From NCBI GenBank assembly GCA_026129095.1, contig JAHCIT010000008.1, positions 188,374 to 208,373 of the forward strand: a stretch of 20,000 nt of DNA, in the 5' to 3' direction. A program made the position numbers and the translations under genes. The notes beneath the pieces are model-generated. The model saw only the letters and a list, made by a program, of their open reading frames with translations. It was not told the DNA's origin and made no database searches. Position 1 is the first letter of the stretch. Each line of letters begins with the position of its first letter. Below, piece by piece: positions 15,987-20,000 of the stretch. Source of the DNA: Deltaproteobacteria bacterium (GTDB lineage Bacteria; JAGRBM01; JAHCIT01).

Positions 15987-16201
15987 TATTTTTCCCGTTG
16001 CTGGCCGCGCTGCTGGTGTTCATTCTCTGGGTCGTCTTTCTGGCCGGGGCCGCCGCCACCTCCAGCTGGTGGCTGCTAGCCGCCTGTGTGCTGTTCGGCA
16101 TGGTGTTTTTCCTGCTGCCCATGGCCATATGCTCCTTGGCCGTCTCCGCACTGCTCAGGCTCCCGGCCGGTGACGGAGAAGGCCGCTGTGAGGACCGATG
16201 A
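15983..16201 (+). CDS. Small two-TM membrane protein
   Basis: 72 aa, very hydrophobic; GGAGG SD; coupled to both neighbours. Confidence 0.65.
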   Translation: MIFFPLLAALLVFILWVVFLAGAAATSSWWLLAACVLFGMVFFLLPMAICSLAVSALLRLPAGDGEGRCEDR

Positions 16202-16626
16202 AGACTGACAAGGCCATTGCTCCGCTCAGTGCAGACGTGCCTGACCGGATGCGGTCGGCGCGCCTGATCCGCACGGAGCGGGCGCTTGCGGCGCGCAGAG
16301 AGCGAGGAGCCGAGGAGCGTCTCCTCCGGGCGGCCGAGCTGGCGAGCGGTCTCGCCCGCGAGGAGATCACGGGAAAGAGCCGCCGGGTCCCCGCCGCCGC
16401 CGTCCGGCATGCCGTCTGGTACATCGCTGTACAGACGCTCGGCCTGAGCCTCGCGCTCACGTCCGAGGTGTTCGGCGGCACCGGCGGGCGCGACCACACG
16501 ACGATCCTGCACGGCGTGAACCGTGTTCGAAACGACATGCACACGGGGGGACCGCTCGCCGATCTCGTCGCCGGGATCGCCGGTGCGTGGAACGGTATCC
16601 TGGAGGAGGAGCGGTCATGCGGATGA
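16198..16626 (+). CDS. Stand-alone DnaA domain IV (Bac_DnaA_C HTH) protein
   Basis: 142 aa; GKSRRVPAAAVRHAVWYI...LGLSLALTSEVFGGTGGRDHTTILHGVNRV carries the DnaA signature GGRDHTT; no AAA domain. Confidence 0.85.
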   Translation: MKTDKAIAPLSADVPDRMRSARLIRTERALAARRERGAEERLLRAAELASGLAREEITGKSRRVPAAAVRHAVWYIAVQTLGLSLALTSEVFGGTGGRDHTTILHGVNRVRNDMHTGGPLADLVAGIAGAWNGILEEERSCG

Positions 16627-16913
16627 TGCCTGGGTCGATGTCGCGGTACGACCGGAAGCGGACCCGGCAACAGGCGGCGCTGCGCCGCTGGCGGGAGCGG
16701 CGGCTCCGGTCCATGAGCCCGGAGGAGTTCGAAGCCGAGATCGGACGGCGGGCGGCATTCAACCGGTCGATCGGCATGACAGGCGACCGGTCGATGGAGG
16801 AGGCCCGGCAGACGCTCACGATGCTCCGGCGAGCTGCTGCCGCCGATGGGCGCCCGTCCGCCGGAGAACACGCCGGCACTGGTTCCGAGGAGGATACCTA
16901 TGCACCCGACTGA
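16617..16913 (+). CDS. Hypothetical basic protein
   Basis: ATG 16617 or 16623 after GGAGGAGGAG; fills the gap in the coupled operon. Confidence 0.6.
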   Translation: MRMMPGSMSRYDRKRTRQQAALRRWRERRLRSMSPEEFEAEIGRRAAFNRSIGMTGDRSMEEARQTLTMLRRAAAADGRPSAGEHAGTGSEEDTYAPD

Positions 16914-17493
16914 AAGTGGCATACCCAGCATCATGACCCGGAGCGGCCGGTTCATCCGGTTCGATGATCCCGATCCAGACACTATCGACATCGGCGACAT
17001 CGCTCACGGGCTTTCTCACCTGTGCCGGTTCGCTGGGCACACGCGGGAGTTCTACTCTGTCGCCGAGCATTCGGTATATGTGGCGAACCTGTGCCCGCCG
17101 GAGCTGCAGCTAAGGGGCCTCTTGCACGATGCCGCCGAGGCCTATGTCGTCGATCTCCCGAAGCCACTGAAACGAATAATCCCCGAATACCGTGAAATCG
17201 AACGGAAGGTGATGGCGGCGGTCTGCCAGAGGTTCGGGCTTCCGGAAGAAGAACCTGCCACCGTGAAACGCGCGGATCTCATCATGCTCGTCACCGAGGC
17301 CCGCGACCTCTGCGGCCCAGGCTGGGAGGAGTGGGGTATCCGACAGGCCCCACTCCCGGAGCGGCTGGCGCAGCCGCTTCATCCAGAACTGGCCCGGACG
17401 CTGTTCTTGGAGAAGTTCCGCTCGCTGGCCGGTAGCGGCACGCCGGTGGTGCGCCCGCCTTTCGGCCGGATGGACGAGGAGGCGATGCGGTGA
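16900..17493 (+). CDS. HD-domain phosphohydrolase (YfdR/YfbR-like 5'-deoxynucleotidase)
   Basis: ATG 16900 with GAGGAGG SD; DIAHGLSHLCRFAGH, FYSVAEHS, LLHDAAEAYVVD, VKRADLIML. Confidence 0.88.
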   Translation: MHPTESGIPSIMTRSGRFIRFDDPDPDTIDIGDIAHGLSHLCRFAGHTREFYSVAEHSVYVANLCPPELQLRGLLHDAAEAYVVDLPKPLKRIIPEYREIERKVMAAVCQRFGLPEEEPATVKRADLIMLVTEARDLCGPGWEEWGIRQAPLPERLAQPLHPELARTLFLEKFRSLAGSGTPVVRPPFGRMDEEAMR

Positions 17494-18236
17494 GCGCGTC
17501 ATTGATAGAATGGACCGAGGAGACCTGGAACCCGCTTACGGGCTGCACAAAGATCAGCGCCGGGTGCCAGCACTGCTATGCCGAACGGATGGCGAAGCGG
17601 CTCCAAGCGATGGGTCTGGATCACTACCGGGCCGGATTCGAGTTGGCAGTGCACCCCGAGAAGCTCAACATTCCTCGCCGCTGGAAGCGGCCACGCATGG
17701 TGTTCGTGAACTCCATGAGCGATCTGTTTCACGATCGGGTGTCCGATGAGTTCATCCGTGACGTGTTCCGGGTGATGAACGAGACGCCGTGGCACACCTA
17801 CCAAGTGCTGACGAAGCGGGCGCAGCGGCTGTGGTCTCTCTCGCGCGGGCTCACCTGGACCCCTAACATCTGGATGGGAGTGAGCGTGGAGTCCCATTCC
17901 TGGCGCTCGCGTATCCGTCTCTTGAGTGACGTCGCTGCCGCCGTCCGGTTCCTCTCGTGCGAGCCGCTGCTCGGGCCGCTACCGGATATGGCCCTGCAGG
18001 GAATCCACTGGGTGATCGTGGGCGGCGAATCGGGGCCAGGAGCGCGGCCGATGCACCCCGACTGGGCCGAGAGCCTGCTGTATCAGTGTCGGGGCGCCGG
18101 AGTGCCATTCTTCATGAAACAACTAGGTGGCCACCCGGACAAGCGTGGGCAGATCGAACAGCTCCCGGCACACCTGCGCGTGCGGATGTTTCCCGGCGAC
18201 ACCTGGACGGAAACGGTGGAGCCATGCCAGCCCTGA
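17490..18236 (+). CDS. Phage Gp37/Gp68 (DUF5131) family, radical-SAM-related three-Cys protein
   Basis: 248 aa; IEWTEETWNPLTGCTKISAGCQHCYAE, FVNSMSDLFH, LTKR, FLSCEPLLG, WVIVGGESG, PFFMKQLG. Confidence 0.92.
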   Translation: MSASLIEWTEETWNPLTGCTKISAGCQHCYAERMAKRLQAMGLDHYRAGFELAVHPEKLNIPRRWKRPRMVFVNSMSDLFHDRVSDEFIRDVFRVMNETPWHTYQVLTKRAQRLWSLSRGLTWTPNIWMGVSVESHSWRSRIRLLSDVAAAVRFLSCEPLLGPLPDMALQGIHWVIVGGESGPGARPMHPDWAESLLYQCRGAGVPFFMKQLGGHPDKRGQIEQLPAHLRVRMFPGDTWTETVEPCQP

Positions 18237-18646
18237 ACTTCCAGAAGCGGTTCGTTCCGATGATCCGGAGCGGGGAGAAGTGCCAGACGATCCTGGCGCA
18301 CCGGAACGACGGCCGGCCGCCGTGCAAGCCCGGCGACCGGCTGAAGCTCTACACCGGCATGCGGACGAAGGGGTGCAAGCTGGTGGCGACGGTGGAGGTG
18401 ATCAGTTGCCTTCCTGTCCGAATCTTCGGGACGGGTTTCGAGGTCACACACGAGGAAGACGAGACCGACTACTGGCACGGTCTCTCGCTCTACTCCTTCG
18501 CCCGGCTCGACGGTTTCCGGGACTGGACCGAACTGCGGGACTGGTTCGGCCGGACCCACGGCCTGCCGTTCGAGGGCTGGTTGGTGAGGTGGGATTCTAA
18601 TGGATCCGCGGGGGAACCGGTCACAACCATTAGTCCTGATCGCTGA
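18224..18646 (+). CDS. ASCH-domain-like protein
   Basis: ATG 18224 (MPALNFQKRFVPMIRSGEKCQTI...KPGDRLKLYTGMRTK...FARLDGF); GGTGGAG SD. Confidence 0.75.
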   Translation: MPALNFQKRFVPMIRSGEKCQTILAHRNDGRPPCKPGDRLKLYTGMRTKGCKLVATVEVISCLPVRIFGTGFEVTHEEDETDYWHGLSLYSFARLDGFRDWTELRDWFGRTHGLPFEGWLVRWDSNGSAGEPVTTISPDR

Positions 18647-18815
18647 CCGTGATCCTTTTTTCCTTATTATATTCAGTGCATCCCTTGTTCACACACACCC
18701 AGACCTCCTGATACGAGCCTTTTCTTTGAAGCATTCTGGTGACGTATTTCCCAACCAGATCAGGGCGTGGCGACATTGGCTGATGACATTTCGGACAGTT
18801 TTTCGCGGCGAGCAT
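18630..18815 (-). CDS. Small zinc-ribbon protein (antisense, low-GC insert)
   Basis: 61 aa from ATG 18815 (GGGAAGG SD); CPKC...WVCVNKGC; occupies the AT-richer segment ~18600-18870. Confidence 0.55.
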   Translation of the reverse strand: MLAAKNCPKCHQPMSPRPDLVGKYVTRMLQRKGSYQEVWVCVNKGCTEYNKEKRITVSDQD

Positions 18816-18982
18816 GCCTTCCCGGTTCCAGGTTGGGGAACCGCCTCCAAGTAACATGTTAAAGGAGCGGCCCGGCCGTGAGCAAACACGGCTGGACCAC
18901 CTCGCCGGCGGTGCGACCCGCTGGTCCGGCCTACGGCTCCCGCCCTGACGTCAGAGCGCCGGGAGCATAGCACAGAAAGATC

Positions 18983-19741
18983 TTGCCCATGCTGATCCCA
19001 TGGATGGGCGGCAAGCGCCGCCTGGCGAAGCACCTCTTGCCGCTCTTCCCCGATCACACCTGTTATGTCGAGCCGTTCGCCGGCGGGGCGGCGCTGTTCT
19101 GGATGAAGGAGCCGTCGAAGGCTGAAGTCCTGAACGACCTGAATGGCGAGCTGGTCAACCTCTACCGGGTGGTGCAGCACCATCTGGAGGAGTTCGTCCG
19201 GCAGTTCCGCTGGTCGCTTGTGTCGCGGAAGCTGTTCGACTGGCTAAAGACCGCCCAGCCGGAGGGGCTCACCGACATCCAGCGGGCGGCGCGGTTCTAC
19301 TACCTCATGAAAGGGAGCTTCGGGGCGAAGCCCACCGGTTTCACTTTCGGGACGGCCACCACCTGTCCGCCGAAGCTGAACCTGCTCCGGATCGAGGAGG
19401 AGCTGTCGGCGTGTCACCTGAGGCTAGCCCAGGTGACGGTCGAGAACCTGGACTGGAAGACGTGCATGGGCCGCTATGACCGGCCGCACACGTTCTTCTA
19501 CCTGGACCCGCCCTACTGGGGGACGGCTGACTACGGGGTGCCGTTCGAACTGGCAGAATACCGGGCTCTGGCGGACCGGCTCCGTTCGATGGAGGGAAAG
19601 GCCCTGCTGTCGGTGAACGACTGTCCGGAGATGCGGGAGGCGTTCGCGGGGCTGCGAACCGAAACCGTCGGGGTGACCTACACGGTCGGTGGCAACAGCA
19701 ATGCGGTGAAGCGGTCGGAACTGGTCATTCGGAACTGGTGA
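18983..19741 (+). CDS. DNA adenine N6-methyltransferase (D12/Dam family)
   Basis: 252 aa (TTG 18983 or ATG 18989); PWMGGKRRLA, YVEPFAGG, NDLN, YLDPPY, SELVIRNW. Confidence 0.93.
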   Translation: MPMLIPWMGGKRRLAKHLLPLFPDHTCYVEPFAGGAALFWMKEPSKAEVLNDLNGELVNLYRVVQHHLEEFVRQFRWSLVSRKLFDWLKTAQPEGLTDIQRAARFYYLMKGSFGAKPTGFTFGTATTCPPKLNLLRIEEELSACHLRLAQVTVENLDWKTCMGRYDRPHTFFYLDPPYWGTADYGVPFELAEYRALADRLRSMEGKALLSVNDCPEMREAFAGLRTETVGVTYTVGGNSNAVKRSELVIRNW

Positions 19742-19785
19742 GTGATGTCTACCGGACCCTACGAAATAGACAGACCGGTGTCAAA

Positions 19786-19937
19786 GCGGGTTTCAGTTTT
19801 CGAGGAAATTGCGGTTTCGATTTTGATGTGCCTGAGTTTCAGTTTCGTCACGCAGAAGCCCGATTTCACCGAAAAAACAACTGAATGAAACCCGGTTTAT
19901 GACAACTTTCGGGTAGTTATTATGACAATAGTTTACA
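19786..19937 (-). repeat. Candidate prophage end with transposase-binding repeats
   Basis: Minus strand reads TGTAAACTATTGTCATAATAACTACCCGAAAGTTGTCATAAACC from 19937; TTATGACAA at 19897-19905 and 19920-19928 (23-bp period); further GTTTC boxes at 19790, 19814 and 19836. Confidence 0.7.
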
Positions 19938-20000
19938 AAGCGCTAGCCTTGCTGTGTGTGTGGGGGGGGGGGGGCGTAACCCCGCCGGGAGCCGCGCCCA

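Larger units (their letters stand above)
1..19937. mobile_element. Mu-like (B3/BcepMu-type layout) transposable prophage; one end in the window, continues beyond position 1
   Basis: DDE transposase, AAA+ B protein, Gam, GemA-like and Ner occur with a Mu gp27/28/29/30-like head module; candidate TG...CA terminus with repeats at 19897-19937. Confidence 0.93.

Noticed and set aside
13659-16542. Long minus-strand ORFs (413 aa and 610 aa)
   Set aside because: Antisense to well-supported transposase B, gam and gemA-like genes; low-complexity translations.
18600-18854. 84-aa plus-strand ORF
   Set aside because: No motif or clear SD; the minus-strand zinc-ribbon ORF explains the segment better, though neither is proven.
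19953-19974. (TG)5 followed by a 13-G run, as a phase-variation tract
   Set aside because: Outside the predicted prophage end, at the window edge with no gene context; may be a sequencing or assembly artefact.
1-20000. CRISPR array, complete tRNA/rRNA, DGR or retron
   Set aside because: No regularly spaced repeat-spacer array, complete tRNA fold or reverse transcriptase motif was seen.

Overview
The window is almost entirely one end of a high-GC transposable (Mu-like) prophage, arranged like B3/BcepMu rather than Mu itself. A central S24/LexA-type repressor and a divergent Ner/Cro-like gene share a three-operator switch at about 8084-8153. The + strand early operon (Ner, CII-like, DDE transposase A, AAA+ transposase B, Gam, GemA-like, DnaA-domain-IV protein, HD hydrolase, DUF5131, ASCH, Dam-type methylase) runs out to a probable prophage end at ...TTTACA 19937. 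The - strand carries the start of the late operon: M15 endolysin, holin-like protein, small and large terminase, and a portal-gpF fusion that the ORF track missed because it runs off the window. Between the repressor and the late operon lie two accessory two-gene cassettes, each bracketed by its own direct repeat: a membrane protein plus lipoprotein thermonuclease, and a DUF5678-like protein plus retropepsin-like aspartyl protease. These cassettes are the best candidates for an uncharacterised defence or exclusion system. All family calls come from motifs recognised by eye; no database search was run.
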